Of a stretch of DNA of 64,000 bases, positions 1 through 14,186 are shown in pieces. Both the position numbers and the translations under genes were made by a program. The notes beneath the pieces are model-generated. The model ran no database searches. It was given only the letters and a program-made list of their open reading frames with translations, and was not told the DNA's origin. Position 1 is the stretch's first letter, and every line of letters starts with the position of its first letter. This DNA comes from the human T2T-CHM13v2.0 reference genome, Homo sapiens. The DNA lies in the NCBI RefSeq assembly GCF_009914755.1, contig NC_060948.1; one strand, 5' to 3'.

Positions 1-534
1 AATAGAATGGAATGGAATCGAATGGAAAGGACTCGAATGGAAATCACTCGAATAGAATGCAATTTAATAAAATAGGATCAAATGTAATGGAATGGAATGG
101 AAAGCAATCGAAACGAAAGGAATGGAGACAGATGGAATGGAATAGAACAGAGAGCAATGGTATAGAATGGAATGGAATCATCTGGAATGGAATTGAATGG
201 AATGGAATAATATGAAATGGAATGGAATGGAATGGAATGGAATGCCCTTGAATTAAATGGACTGGAATGGAATGGACTCGAACAGAGTGGAATGGAAAGT
301 GTTGAGATAAAATGGAATGGACTCCTTTGGAATGGTGTAGTATGCAATACAATCGACTGGCAGGGAATCAAAAGGAATGTAATCGAATGGATTGGACTGG
401 AATGCAATGGACTCGAATAGATTGCAAACGGAATGCAAAGGAATGGAATGGAATAGTATGGAATGGAATGGAAAGGAATGGAGTGGAATAGACTAGAGTG
501 GAATGGAATGGACTGGAAAGCAATGGACTGGAAT

Positions 535-549
535 GGAACTTTCTTGAAT
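535..549. promoter_or_regulatory. Perfect 3-box heat shock element motif (GAActTTCttGAA), site 1 of 3 per unit
   Basis: Matches nGAAnnTTCnnGAAn. Intact in 13 of 18 units by eye; broken in units 10-13 (TTCTTGGAT) and 18 (TTGTTGAA). Motif match only; function not shown. Confidence 0.55.
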
Positions 550-1966
550 GGACTGGAATCAAACGGAATGGAATGCAATGCAATCAAATGGCATGGAATA
601 AAATAGAATGAAAGAGAATCAAATGGAATTGAATCGAATGGAATCGAATGGATTGGAAAGAATAGAATGGAATGGAATGGAATGGACTAGAATGGAATGG
701 ATTCGAATGGAAGGCAAAGGAATGGAATCTATTGGAATGGACTGTAATGGAATGGAATGGAAGGGATTGGAATGGACTCGAATGGAATTGACTGCAATAG
801 AAAGGATTCGAATGGAATGAAAAAGAATTGAATGGAATAGAACAGAATGGAATCAAATCGAATGAAATGGAATGGAATAGAAAGGAATGGAATGAAATGG
901 AATGGAAAGGATTCGAATGGAATGCAATCGAATGGAATGGAATCGAACGGAATGGAATAAAATGGAAGAAAACTGGCAAGAAATGGAATCGAAATGAATG
1001 GAGTGTTATGGAACGGACTCAAAAGGAATTGAATGTAATAGAATGGAGTGGAGTGGACTCGAATATAATGGACTGGAATGGAATGAAATCACATGGAATG
1101 GGAACGAATGGAATGGAATGGAAAGGAATGGAATCGAATGGAAAGGAATCGAATGGAAGGGAATGAAATTGAATCAACAGGAATGGAAGGGAATAGAATA
1201 GACGGTAATGGAATGGACTCGAATAGAATGGACACGAATGCTCAAATTGAATGGACTCGAAAGGAATGGAAAGGAAAGGAATGTCATCGAATGGAATTGA
1301 ATCGATTGGAATGAAATCGCATAGAATGGAGTGGAATCAAATGGAATTGAATCGAAAGGAAAGGAAGCGAATGGACTGAAATGAAATGGAATGGAATTGA
1401 ATGGAAAGTAATGCAATGGAATAGAATGGAACGAAATTTCACGGAACGGAATCAAACTGAATGGAATCAAATCAATGGAATCTAATCAAATGGAATGGAA
1501 AGGAATTGAATGGAGTAGATTGGATTGGATGGGATTGGAATGAAATGTACTGGAAAGGACTCGAATTTCATGAAACGGAATGGAATGAATTGGAACGGAA
1601 TGGACTCGAATGGAATGGAATGTCATCGAATGGCATCAAATGGAATGACATCAAATGGAATGGAATCGAATGCAATGGAATGCTATGGAATGGAATGGAA
1701 TGCATTGGAATGGAATGTCCTCTAATGGAATGGATTCGAGTGGAATGGAATCGAATATAATGGAGTCGAATGAAATGGAATTGAAAAGAATGGGATCGAA
1801 TACAATGGAATATACTGGAATGTAATGTAATGAACTCGAATGTAATTGACTGGAATGGAATGTACATGAATGGAATGTAATCGAATGAAAAGTAATCCAA
1901 TGGAATAGAATGTAATGCAATAAAATCGACTCAGATAGAGTAGAATGTAATGGAATGGAGTTCAGT

Positions 1967-2026
1967 GCAATGGAATGGAATGGAATGGAATGCAATGGAA
2001 TGGAATGGAATGGAATGGAATGGGAT
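1967..2026. repeat. Longest near-pure (GGAAT)n tract of the unit, length-variable between units
   Basis: GCAAT(GGAAT)4 GCAAT (GGAAT)n GGGAT with n=5 here; n ranges 3-9 across units. Confidence 0.85.
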
Positions 2027-2250
2027 GGAATGGTATGGAATGGATAGTAATGGACTGGAGTGAAATGGACTGGAATGGAATGGACTCAAATTGAAAGGGC
2101 TCGAAAGGAATGGAGACAAATGGAATGGTCTGGAATGGAATGAACACGAATGTAATGCAATCCAACAGAATGGAGTCGAATGGCATGGAATATAAAGAAA
2201 TGGAATCGAAGAGAATGGAAACAAATGGAATGGAATTGAATGGAATGGAA

Positions 2251-2404
2251 TTGAATGGAATGGGAACGAATGGAGTGAAATTGTATGCAGTAGAAGAGAA
2301 TAGAATGGAATGCAAGCGAAAGGAAAGGAATGGATTGGAATGGAATGGAATTCATTGGAATGGAAGGGAATGTAGTGTAATGGACAGGCCTGGAATAAAG
2401 TGGA
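2251..2404. other. DYZ1 diagnostic landmark (EcoRI 2348-2353, StuI/HaeIII 2386-2391, classic Y-specific PCR primer sites); recurs once per unit
   Basis: TTGAATGGAATGGGAACGAATGG at 2251-2273 and GGACAGGCCTGGAATAAAGTGGA at 2382-2404 (reverse complement TCCACTTTATTCCAGGCCTGTCC) match the Y1.2/Y1.1 DYZ1 sexing primers as I recall them (not database-checked). They span 154 bp here. Confidence 0.85.
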
Positions 2405-2761
2405 ATGCTACGGTCTCGAATGGTATAAAAATGTATGGAATGGAATGCAATGAAACGGAATCGAATGTCATAGAATGTAATGGAATGCAAAAAAATGGAA
2501 TCCAAAATCATTGACTGGAAAGGCTGGGTGTCGAAAGGAATTGACTCCAATGGAATGGAATCGAATGGAATGGAAGTGAATAGAATCGAACTAAATCGAA
2601 TGGAATGGAATTGATAGGAACGGAATGGAAAGGAATGCAATGATTTGGCATGGAATGCAATCGAATGGCATCGAATGGAATGGAATGGAATGCAATGGAA
2701 TGGAATGTATTAGAATGTAATGAACTTTAATGGAATGTACTCGAATGGATTCGACTGGAAT

Positions 2762-2776
2762 GGAATGTTCTGGAAG
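2762..2776. promoter_or_regulatory. Perfect 3-box heat shock element motif (GAAtgTTCtgGAA), site 2 of 3 per unit
   Basis: Matches nGAAnnTTCnnGAAn. Intact in all 18 units (spacer variant TTCtcGAA in units 3-4). Motif match only. Confidence 0.55.
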
Positions 2777-3041
2777 TGAATGGACTCCAATGGAATGGAT
2801 TCCAAAGGAATGGAATCGTACGGAATGGAATCTAATGGAATGGAATTAAATGGAAATGAATCAAATTGAATAGCACGGAATTGAATTGAATGGAATGGAA
2901 TGCAATGGAATCTAATGAAACGGAAAGGAAAGGAATGGAATGGAATGGAATGGGCTGGAATGGAAAGGAATCGAAACGAATGGAATGGAATCGAACTGAA
3001 GAGACTGGAATGGAATGCACTGGAATGGAAGGGAGTGTAAT

Positions 3042-3056
3042 GGAAGGTTCTCGAAA
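3042..3056. promoter_or_regulatory. Perfect 3-box heat shock element motif (GAAggTTCtcGAA), site 3 of 3 per unit
   Basis: Matches nGAAnnTTCnnGAAn. Intact in 16 of 18 units; GAAggATCtcGAA in units 5-6. Motif match only. Confidence 0.55.
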
Positions 3057-3544
3057 AAAATGGAATCGAATGGAATGGAATTGAATGGAACGGAATAGAG
3101 TCGAATGGAATTGAATGGAATGGAATGGACTAGAGTGAAATGGAATCGAACCACAAGGAATGGACAGGAATAGAATGGTCTCGAATTGAATGGAATCGTA
3201 TGGAATGGCATCAAACGGAATGGAATGGACAGCCACGGAATGGAATGCACTCGAATGCAATGGAGTCGAAACTAATGGACTGGAATAGAATGGACTCGAC
3301 TGGTACGGACTCCAATGGAATGGAATCGAATGGAAGGGAATCGAACGGAATGGACTCGAAGGGAAAAGACTGCAATGGAAAGGTCTCCAATGGAATGGAA
3401 ATTAATGGAATGGAATGGAATCGAATGAAATGGAGTCAAAAGGAATGGAATCGAATGGCAAGAAATCGAATGTAATGGAATCGCAAGGAATTGATGTGAA
3501 CGGAACGGAATGGAATGGAATCCAAAGGAATGGAATAGAATGGA

Positions 3545-6500
3545 ATGGAATCGAATGGAAAGGACTCGAATGGAAATCACTCGAATAGAATGCAATTTAA
3601 TAAAATAGGATCAAATGTAATGGAATGGAATGGAAAGGAATCGAAACGAAAGGAATGGAGACAGATGGAATGGAATGGAACAGAGAGCAATGGTATAGAA
3701 TGGAATGGAATCATCTGGAATGGAATTGAATGGAATGGAATAATATGAAATGGAATGGAATGGAATGGAATGGAATGCCCTTGAATTAAATGGACCGGAC
3801 TCGAACAGAGTGGAATGGAAAGTGTTGAGATAGAATGGAATGGACTCCTTTGGAATGGTGTAGTATGCAATGCAATCGACTGGCAGGGAATCAAAAGGAA
3901 TGTAATGGAATGGATTGGACTGGAATGCAATGGACTCGAATAGATTGGAAACGGAATGCAAAGGAATAGAATGGAATAGTATGGAATGGAATGGAAAGGA
4001 ATGGAGTGGAATAGACTAGAGTGGAATGGAATGGACTGGAAAGCAATGGACTGGAATGGAACTTTCTTGAATGGACTGGAATCAAACGGAATGGAATGCA
4101 ATGCAATCAAATGGCATGGAATAAAATAGAATGAAAGAGAATCAAATGGAATTGAATCGAATGGAATCGAATGGATTGGAAAGGAATAGAATGGAATGGA
4201 ATGGAATTGACTCAAATGGAATGGACTAGAATGGAATGGATTCGAATGGAAGGCAAAGGAATGGAATCTATTGGAATGGACTGTAATGGAATGGAATGGA
4301 AGGGATTGGAATGGACTCGAATGGAATGGACTGCAATAGAAAGGACTCGAATGGAATGAAAAAGAATTGAATGGAATAGAACAGAATGGAATCAAATCGA
4401 ATGAAATGGAATGGAATAGAAAGGAATGGAATGAAATGGAATGGAAAGGATTCGAATGGAATGCAATCGAATGGAATGGAATCGAACGGAATGGAATAAA
4501 ATGGAAGAAAACTGGCAAGAAATGGAATCGAAAGGAATGGAGTGTTATGGAACGGACTCAAAAGGAATTGAATGTAATAGAATGGAGTGGAGTGGACTCG
4601 AATATAATGGACTGGAATGGAATGAAATCACATGGAATGGGAACGAATGGAATGGAATGGAAAGGAATGGAATCGAATGGAAAGGAATCGAATGGAAGGG
4701 AATGAAATTGAATCAACAGGAATGGAAGGGAATAGAATAGACGGTAATGGAATGGACTCGAATAGAATGGACACGAATGCTCAAATTGAATGGACTCGAA
4801 TGGAATGGAAACGAAAGGAATGTCATCGAATGGAATTGAATCGATTGGAATGAAATGGCATAGAATGGAGTGGAATCAAATGGAATTGAATCGAAAGGAA
4901 AGGAAGCGAATGGACTGAAATGAAATGGAATGGAATTGAATGGAAAGTAATGCAATGGAATAGAATGGAACGAAATTTCACGGAATGGAATCAAACTGAA
5001 TGGAATCAAATCAATGGAATCTAATCAAATGGAATGGAAAGGAATTGAATGGAATAGATTGGATTGGATGGGATTGGAATGAAATTTACTGGAAAGGACT
5101 CGAATTTCATGAAACGGAATGGAATGAATTGGAACGGAGTGGACTCGAATGGAATGGAATGTCATGGAATGGCATCAAATGGAATGGCATCAAATGGAAT
5201 GGAATCGAATGCAATGGAATGCTATGGAATGGAATGGAATGCATTGGAATGGAATGTCCTCTAATGGAATGGAATCAAGTGGAATGGAATCGAATATAAT
5301 GGAGTCGAATGAAATGGAATTGAAAGGAATGGGATCGAATACAATGGAATATACTGGAATGTAATGTAATGAACTCGAATGTAATTGACTGGAATGGAAT
5401 GTACATGAATGGAATGTAATCGAATGGAAAGTAATCCAATGGAATAGAATCTAATGCAATAAAATCGACTCAGATAGAGTAGAATGTAATGGAATGGAGT
5501 GCAGTGCAATGCAATTGAATGGAATGGAATGCAATGGAATGGAATGGAATGGAATGGAATGGAATGGAATGGAATGGGATGGAATGGTATGGAATGGATA
5601 GTAATGGACTGGAGTGAAATGGACTGGAAAGGAATGGACTCAAATTGAAAGGGCTCGAAAGGAATGGAGTCAAATGGAATGGTCTGGAATGGAATGAACA
5701 CGAATGTAATGCAATCCAATAGAATGGAATCGAATGGCATGGAATATAAAGAAATGGAATCGAAGAGAATGGAAACAAATGGAATGGAATTGAATGGAAT
5801 GGGAACGAATGGAGTGAAATTGTATGCAGTAGAAGAGAATAGAATGGAATGCAAGCGAAAGGAAAGGAATGGATTGGAATGGAATGGAATTCATTGGAAT
5901 GGAAGGGAATGTAGTGTAATGGACAGGCCTGGAATAAAGTGGAATGCTACGGTCTCGAATGGTATAAAAATGTATGGAATGGAATGCAATGAAACGGAAT
6001 CGAATGTCATAGAATGTAATGGAATGCAAAAAAATGGAATCCAAAATCATTGACTGGAAAGGCTGGGTGTCGAAAGGAATTGACTCCAATGGAATGGAAT
6101 CGAATGGAATGGAAGTGAATAGAATCGAACTAAATCGAATGGAATGGAATTGATAGGAACGGAATGGAAAGGAATGCAATGATTTGGCATGGAATGCAAT
6201 CGAATGGCATCGAATGGAATGGAATGGAATGCAATGGAATGGAATGTATTAGAATGTAATGAACTTTAATGGAATGTACTCGAATGGATTCGACTGGAAT
6301 GGAATGTTCTGGAAGTGAATGGACTCCAATGGAATGGATTCCAAAGGAATGGAATCGTACGGAATGGAATCTAATGGAATGGAATTAAATGGAAATGAAT
6401 CAAATTGAATAGCACGGAATTGAATTGAATGGAATGGAATGCAATGGAATCTAATGAAACGGAAAGGAAAGGAATGGAATGGAATGGAATGGGCTGGAAT

Positions 6501-7083
6501 GGAAAGGAATCGAAACGAATGGAATGGAATCGAACTGAAGAGACTGGAATGGAATGCACTGGAATGGAAGGGAGTGTAATGGAAGGTTCTCGAAAAAAAT
6601 GGAATCGAATGGAATGGAATTGAATGGAACGGAATAGAGTCGAATGGAATTGAATGGAATGGAATGGACTAGAGTGAAATGGAATCGAACCACAAGGAAT
6701 GGACAGGAATAGAATGGTCTCGAATTGAATGGAATCGTATGGAATGGCATCAAACGGAATGGAATGGACAGCCACGGAATGGAATGCACTCGAATGCAAT
6801 GGAGTCGAAACTAATGGACTGGAATAGAATGGACTCGACTGGTACGGACTCCAATGGAATGGAATCGAATGGAAGGGAATCGAACGGAATGGACTCGAAG
6901 GGAAAAGACTGCAATGGAAAGGTCTCCAATGGAATGGAAATTAATGGAATGGAATGGAATCGAATGAAATGGAGTCAAAAGGAATGGAATCGAATGGCAA
7001 GAAATCGAATGTAATGGAATCGCAAGGAATGGATGTGAACGGAACGGAATGGAATGGAATCCAAAGGAATGGAATAGAATGGA
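3545..7083. repeat. DYZ1 unit 2 (3539 bp)
   Basis: Anchors 3545/7084. Carries the GGACCGGACT variant (CCGG 3795). Confidence 0.9.
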
Positions 7084-10000
7084 ATGGAATCGAATGGAAA
7101 GGACTCGAATGGAAATCACTCGAATAGAATGCAATTTAATAAAATAGGATCAAATGTAATGGAATGGAATGGAAAGGAATCGAAACGAAAGGAATGGAGA
7201 CAGATGGAATGGAATGGAACAGAGAGCAATGGTATAGAATGGAATGGAATCATCTGGAATGGAATTGAATGGAATGGAATAATATGAAATGGAATGGAAT
7301 GGAATGGAATGGAATGCCCTTGAATTAAATGGACCGGACTCGAACAGAGTGGAATGGAAAGTGTTGAGATAGAATGGAATGGACTCCTTTGGAATGGTGT
7401 AGTATGCAATGCAATCGACTGGCAGGGAATCAAAAGGAATGTAATCGAATGGATTGGACTGGAATGCAATGGACTCGAATAGATTGGAAACGGAATGCAA
7501 AGGAATAGAATGGAATAGTATGGAATGGAATGGAAAGGAATGGAGTGGAATAGACTAGAGTGGAATGGAATGGACTGGAAAGCAATGGACTGGAATGGAA
7601 CTTTCTTGAATGGACTGGAATCAAACGGAATGGAATGCAATGCAATCAAATGGCATGGAATAAAATAGAATGAAAGAGAATCAAATGGAATTGAATCGAA
7701 TGGAATCGAATGGATTGGAAAGGAATAGAATGGAATGGAATGGAATTGACTCAAATGGAATGGACTAGAATGGAATGGATTCGAATGGAAGGCAAAGGAA
7801 TGGAATCTATTGGAATGGACTGTAATGGAATGGAATGGAAGGGATTGGAATGGACTCGAATGGAATGGACTGCAATAGAAAGGACTCGAATGGAATGAAA
7901 AAGAATTGAATGGAATAGAACAGATTGGAATCAAATCGAATGAAATGGAATGGAATAGAAAGGAATGGAATGAAATGGAATGGAAAGGATTCGAATGGAA
8001 TGCAATCGAATGGAATGGAATCGAACGGAATGGAATAAAATGGAAGAAAACTGGCAAGAAATGGAATCGAAAGGAATGGAGTGTTATGGAACGGACTCAA
8101 AAGGAATTGAATGTAATAGAATGGAGTGGAGTGGACTCGAATATAATGGACTGGAATGGAATGAAATCACATGGAATGGGAACGAATGGAATGGAATGGA
8201 AAGGAATGGAATCGAATGGAAAGGAATCGAATGGAAGGGAATGAAATTGAATCAACAGGAATGGAAGGGAGTAGAATAGACGGTAATGGAATGGACTCGA
8301 ATAGAATGGACACGAATGCTCAAATTGAATGGACTCGAATGGAATGGAAACGAAAGGAATGTCATCGAATGGAATTGAATCGATTGGAATGAAATCACAT
8401 AGAATGGAGTGGAATCAAATAGAATTGAATCGAAAGGAAAGGAAGCGAATGGACTGAAATGAAATGGAATGGAATTGAATGGAAATTAATGCAATGGAAT
8501 AGAATGGAACGAAATTTCACGGAATGGAATCAAACTGAATGGAATCAAATCAATGGAATATAATCAAATGGAATGGAAAGGAATTGAATGGAGTAGATTG
8601 GATTGGATGGGATTGGAATGAAATGCACTGGAAAGGACTCGAATTTCATGAAACGGAATGGAATGAATTGGAACGGAATGGACTCGAATGGAATGGAATG
8701 TCACGGAATGGCATCAAATGGAATGGCATCAAATGGAATGGAATAGAATGCAATGGAATGCTATGGATTGGAATGGAATGGTTTGGAATGGAATGTCCTC
8801 TAATGGAATGGATTCGAGTGGAATGGAATCGAATATAATGGAGTCGAATGAAATGGAATTGAAAGGAATGGGATCGAATACCATGTAATATACTGGAATG
8901 TAATGTAATGAACTCGAATGTAATTGACTGGAATGGAATGTACATGAATGGAATGTAATCGAATGGAAAGTAATCCAATGGAATAGAATCTAATGCAATA
9001 AAATCGACTCAAATAGAATAGAATGTAATGGAGTGGAGTGCAGTGCAATGGAATGGAATGGAATGGAATGCAATGGAATGGAATGGAATGGAATGGAATG
9101 GAATGGAATGGGATGGAATGGTATGGAATGGATAGTAATGGACTGGAGTGAAATGGACTGGAAAAGAATGGACTCAAATTGAAAGGGCTCGAAAGGAATG
9201 GAGTCAAATGGAATGGTCTGGAATGGAATGAATACGAATGTAATGCAATCCAATAGAATGGAATCGAATGGTATGGAATATAAAGAATTGGAATCGAAGA
9301 GAATGGAAACAAATGGAATGGAATTGAATGGAATGGAATTGAATGGAATGGGAACGAATGGAGTGAAATTGTATGCAGTAGAAGAGAATAGAATGGAATG
9401 CAAGCGAAAGGAAAGGAATGGATTGGAATGGAATGGAATTCATTGGAATGGAAGGGAATGTAGTGTAATGGACAGGCCTGGAATAAAGTGGAATGCTACG
9501 GTCTCGAATGGAATAAAAATATATGGAATAGAATGCAATGAAACGGAATCGAATGTCATAGAATGTAATGGAATGCAAAAAAATGGACTCCAAAATCATT
9601 GACTGGAAAGGCTGGGTGTCGAAAGGAATTGCCTCCAATGGAATGGAATCGAATGGAATGGAAGTGAATAGAATGGAACTAAATCGAATGGAATGGAATT
9701 GATAGGAACGGAATGGAAAGGAATGCAATGATTTGGCATGGAATGGAATCGAATGGCATCGAATGGAATGGAATGGAATGCAATTGAATGGAATGTATTA
9801 GAATGTAATGAACTTTAATGGAATGTACTCGAATGGATTCGACTGGAATGGAATGTTCTCGAAGTGAATGGACTCCAATGGAATGGATTCGAAAGGAATG
9901 GAATCTAATGGAATGGAATTAAATGGAAATGAATCAAATTGAATAGAACGGAATTGAATGGAATGGAATCGAATGCAATGGAATCTAATGAAACGGAAAG

Positions 10001-10617
10001 GAAAGGAATGGAATGGAATGGAATGGGCTGGAATTGAATGGAATCGAAACGAATGGAATGGAGTCGAACTGAAGAGACTGAAATGGAATGCACTGGAATG
10101 GAAGGGAGTGTAATGGAAGGTTCTCGAAAAAAATGGAATCGAAAGGAATGGAATTGAATGGAACGGAATAGAGTCGAATGGAATTCAATGGAATGGAATG
10201 GACTAGAGTGAAATGGAATCGAACCACAAGGAATGGACAGGAATAGAATGGTCTCGAATTGAATGGAATCGTATGGAATGGCATCAAACGGAATGGAATG
10301 GACAGCCACGGAATGGAATGCACTCGAATGCAATGGAGTCGACACTAATGGACTGGAATAGAATGGACTCGACTGGTACGGACTCCAATGGAATGGAATC
10401 GAATGGAAGGGAATGGAACGGAATGGACTCGAAGGGAAAAGACTGCAATGGAAAGGTCTCGAATGGAATGGAAATTAATGGAATGGAATGGAATCGAATG
10501 AAATGGAGTCAAAAGGAATGGAATCGAATGGCAAGAAATCGAATGTAATGGAATCGCAAGGAATTGATGTGAACGGAACGGAATGGAATGGAATCCAAAG
10601 GAATGGAATAGAATGGA
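7084..10617. repeat. DYZ1 unit 3 (3534 bp), chimeric: unit-2-like start, divergent 'Y' type from ~8270
   Basis: Anchors 7084/10618. CCGG at 7334, then GCCTCCAAT, GACACTAAT and loss of the GGAATCGTAC block. Confidence 0.9.
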
Positions 10618-13600
10618 ATGGAATCGAATGGAAAGGACTCGAATGGAAATCACTCGAATAGAATGCAATTTAATAAAATAGGATCAAATGTAATGGAATG
10701 GAATGGAAAGGAATCGAAACGAAAGGAATGGAGACAGATGGAATGGAATGGAACAGAGAGCAATGGTATAGAATGGAATGGAATCATCTGGAATGGAATT
10801 GAATGGAATGGAATAATATGAAATGGAATGGAATGGAATGGAATGCCCTTGAATTAAATGGACTGGAATGGAATGGACTCAAAGAGAGTGGAATGGAAAG
10901 TGTTGAAATAGAATGGAATGGACTCGTTTGGAATGGTCTAGTATGCAATGCAATCGACTGGCAGGGAATCAAGAGGAATGTAATCGAATGGATTGGACTG
11001 GAATGCAATGGACTCGAATAGTTTGGAAACGGAATGCAAAGGAATGGAATGGAATAGTATGGAATGGAATGGAAAGGAATGGAGTGGAATAGACTAGAGT
11101 GGAATGGAATGGACTCGAAAGCAATGGACTGGAATGGAACTTTCTTGAATGGACTGGAATCAAACGGAATGGAATGCAATGCAATCAAATGGCATGGAAT
11201 AAAATAGAATGAAAGAGAATCAAATGGAATTGAATCGAATGGAATCGAATGGATTGGAAAGGAATAGAATGGAATGGAATGGAATTGACTCAAATGGAAT
11301 GGACTAGAATGGAATGGATTCGAATGGAAGGCAAAGGAATGGAATCTATTGGAATGGACTGTAATGGAATGGAATGGAAGGGATTGGAATGGACTCGAAT
11401 GGAATGGACTGCAATAGAAAGGATTCGAATGGAATGAAAAAGAATTGAATGGAATAGAACAGAATGGAATCAAATCGAATGAAATGGAATGGAAGAGAAA
11501 GGAATGGAATGAAATGGAATGGAAAGGATTCGAATGGAATGCAATCGAATGGAATGCAATCGAATGGAATGGAATCGAACGGAATGGAATAAAATGGAAG
11601 AAAACTGGCAAGAAATGGAATCGAAATGAATGGAGTGTTATGGAACGGACTCAAAAGGAATTGAATGTAATAGAATGGAGTGGAGTGGACTCGAATATAA
11701 TGGACTGGAATGGAATGAAATCACATGGAATGGGAACGAATGGAATGGAATGGAAAGGAATGGAATGGAAAGGAATGGAATCGAATGGAAAGGAATCGAA
11801 TGGAAGGGAATGAAATTGAATCAACAGGAATGGAAGGAAGTAGAATAGACGGTAATGGAATGGACTCGAATAGAATGGACACGAATGCTCAAATTGAATG
11901 GACTCGAATGGAATGGAAACGAAAGGAATGTCGTCGAATGGAATTGAATCGATTGGAATGAAATCGCATAGAATGGAGTGGAATCAAATGGAATTGAATC
12001 GAAAGGAAAGGAAGCGAATGGACTGAAATGAAATGGAATGGAATTGAATGGAAATTAATGCAATGGAATAGAATGGAACGAAATTTCACGGAATGGAATC
12101 AAACTGAATGGAATCAAATCAATGGAATATAATCGAATGGAATGGAAAGGAATTGAATGGAGTAGATTGGATTGGATGGGATTGGAATGAAATGCACTGG
12201 AAAGGACTCGGATTTCATGAAACGGAATGGAATGAATTGGAACGGAATGGACTCGAATGGAATGGAATGTCACGGAATGGCATCAAATGGAATGGCATCA
12301 AATGGAATGGAATAGAATGCAATGGAATGCTATGGAATGGAATGGAATGCATTGGAATGGAATGTCCTCTAATGGAATGGATTCGAGTGGAATGGAATCG
12401 AATATAATGGAGTCGAATGAAATGGAATTGAAAGGAATGGGATCGAATACCATGTAATATACTGGAATGTAATGTAATGAACTCGAATGTAATTGACTGG
12501 AATGGAATGTACATGAATGGAATGTAATCGAATGGAAAGTAATCCAATGGAATAGAATCTAATGTAATAAAATCGACTCAAATAGAATAGAATGTAATGG
12601 AATGGAGTGCAGTGCAATGGAATGGAATGGAATGGAATGCAATGGAATGGAATGGAATGGAATGGAATGGAATGGAATGGGATGGAATGGTATGGAATGG
12701 ATAGTAATGGACTGGAGTGAAATGGACTGGAAAAGAATGGACTCAAATTAAAAGGGCTCGAAAGGAATGGAGTCAAATGGAATGGTCTGGAATGGAATGA
12801 ATACGAATGTAATGCAATCCAATAGAATGGAATCGAATGGTATGGAATATAAAGAATTGGAATCGAAGAGAATGGAAACAAATGGAATGGAATTGAATGG
12901 AATGGAATTGAATGGAATGGGAACGAATGGAGTGAAATTGTATGCAGTAGAAGAGAATAGAATGGAATGCAAGCGAAAGGAAAGGAATGGATTGGAATGG
13001 AATGGAATTCATTGGAATGGAAGGGAATGTAGTGTAATGGACAGGCCTGGAATAAAGTGGAATGCTACAGTCTCGAATGGAATAAAAATGTATGGAATAG
13101 AATGCAATGAAACGGAATCGAATGTCATAGAATGTAATGGAATGCAAAAAAATGGACTCCAAAATCATTGACTGGAAAGGCTGGGTGTCGAAAGGAATTG
13201 CCTCCAATGGAATGGAATCGAATGGAATGGAAGTGAATAGAATGGAACTAAATCGAATGGAATGGAATTGATAGGAACGGAATGGAAAGGAATGCAATGA
13301 TTTGGCATGGAATGGAATCGAATGGCATCGAATGGAATGGAATGGAATGCAATTGAATGGAATGTATTAGAATGTAATGAACTTTAATGTAATGTACTCG
13401 AATGGATTCGACTGGAATGGAATGTTCTCGAAGTGAATGGACTCCAATGGAATGGATTCGAAAGGAATGGAATCTAATGGAATGGAATTAAATGGAAATG
13501 AATCAAATTGAATAGAACGGAATTGAATGGAATGGAATCGAATGAAATGGAATCTAATGAAACGGAAAGGAAAGGAATGGAATGGAATGGAATGGGCTGG

Positions 13601-14186
13601 AATTGAATGGAATCGAAACGAATGGAATGGAGTCGAACTGAAGAGACTGAAATGGAATGCACTGGAATGGAAGGGAGTGTAATGGAAGGTTCTCGAAAAA
13701 AATGGAATCGAAAGGAATGGAATTGAATGGAACGGAATAGAGTCGAATGGAATTCAAAGGAATGGAATGGACTAGAGTGAAATGGAATCGAACCACAAGG
13801 AATGGACAGGAACAGAATGGTCTCGAATTGAATGGAATCGTATGGAATGGCATCAAACGGAATGGAATGGACAGCCACGGAATGGAATGCACTCGAATGC
13901 AATGGAGTCGACACTAATGGACTGGAATAGAATGGACTCGACTGGTACGGACTCCAATGGAATGGAATCGAATGGAAGGGAATGGAACGGAATGGACTCG
14001 AAGGGAAAAGACTGCAATGGAAAGGTCTCGAATGGAATGGAAATTAATGGAATGGAATGGAATCGAATGAAATGGAGTCAAAAGGAATGGAATCGAATGG
14101 CAAGAAATCGAATGTAATGGAATCGCAAGGAATTGATGTGAACGGAACGGAATGGAATGGAATCCAAAGGAATGGAATAGAATGGA
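10618..14186. repeat. DYZ1 unit 4 (3569 bp), X+Y type
   Basis: Anchors 10618/14187. CTCAAAGAGAG, CTCGTTTGG and GTCGTCGAAT, then Y markers. Confidence 0.9.

Larger units (their letters stand above)
12..3544. repeat. DYZ1 unit 1 (3533 bp; arbitrary phase anchored on ATGGAATCGAATGGAAAGGACTCGAATGGAAATCAC)
   Basis: Anchor at 12, next at 3545. Private 1-bp plus 15-bp deletion near 655-700. Confidence 0.9.

Noticed and set aside
66-71. AATAAA polyadenylation signals (also ~597, ~955, ~1919, ~2394 per unit)
   Set aside because: Expected by chance from GGAAT followed by AAAAT variants; no transcript evidence is available from sequence alone.
1433-1445. Possible fourth HSE (GAAatTTCacGGA)
   Set aside because: The third box is GGA rather than GAA, so it is only a two-box match and is excluded from the count.
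2522-2531. GGCTGGGTGT resembling an Alu 5' end
   Set aside because: Only about 9 bp, it stays in pentamer register (GGAAA GGCTG GGTGT CGAAA), and no Alu body or A-tail follows.
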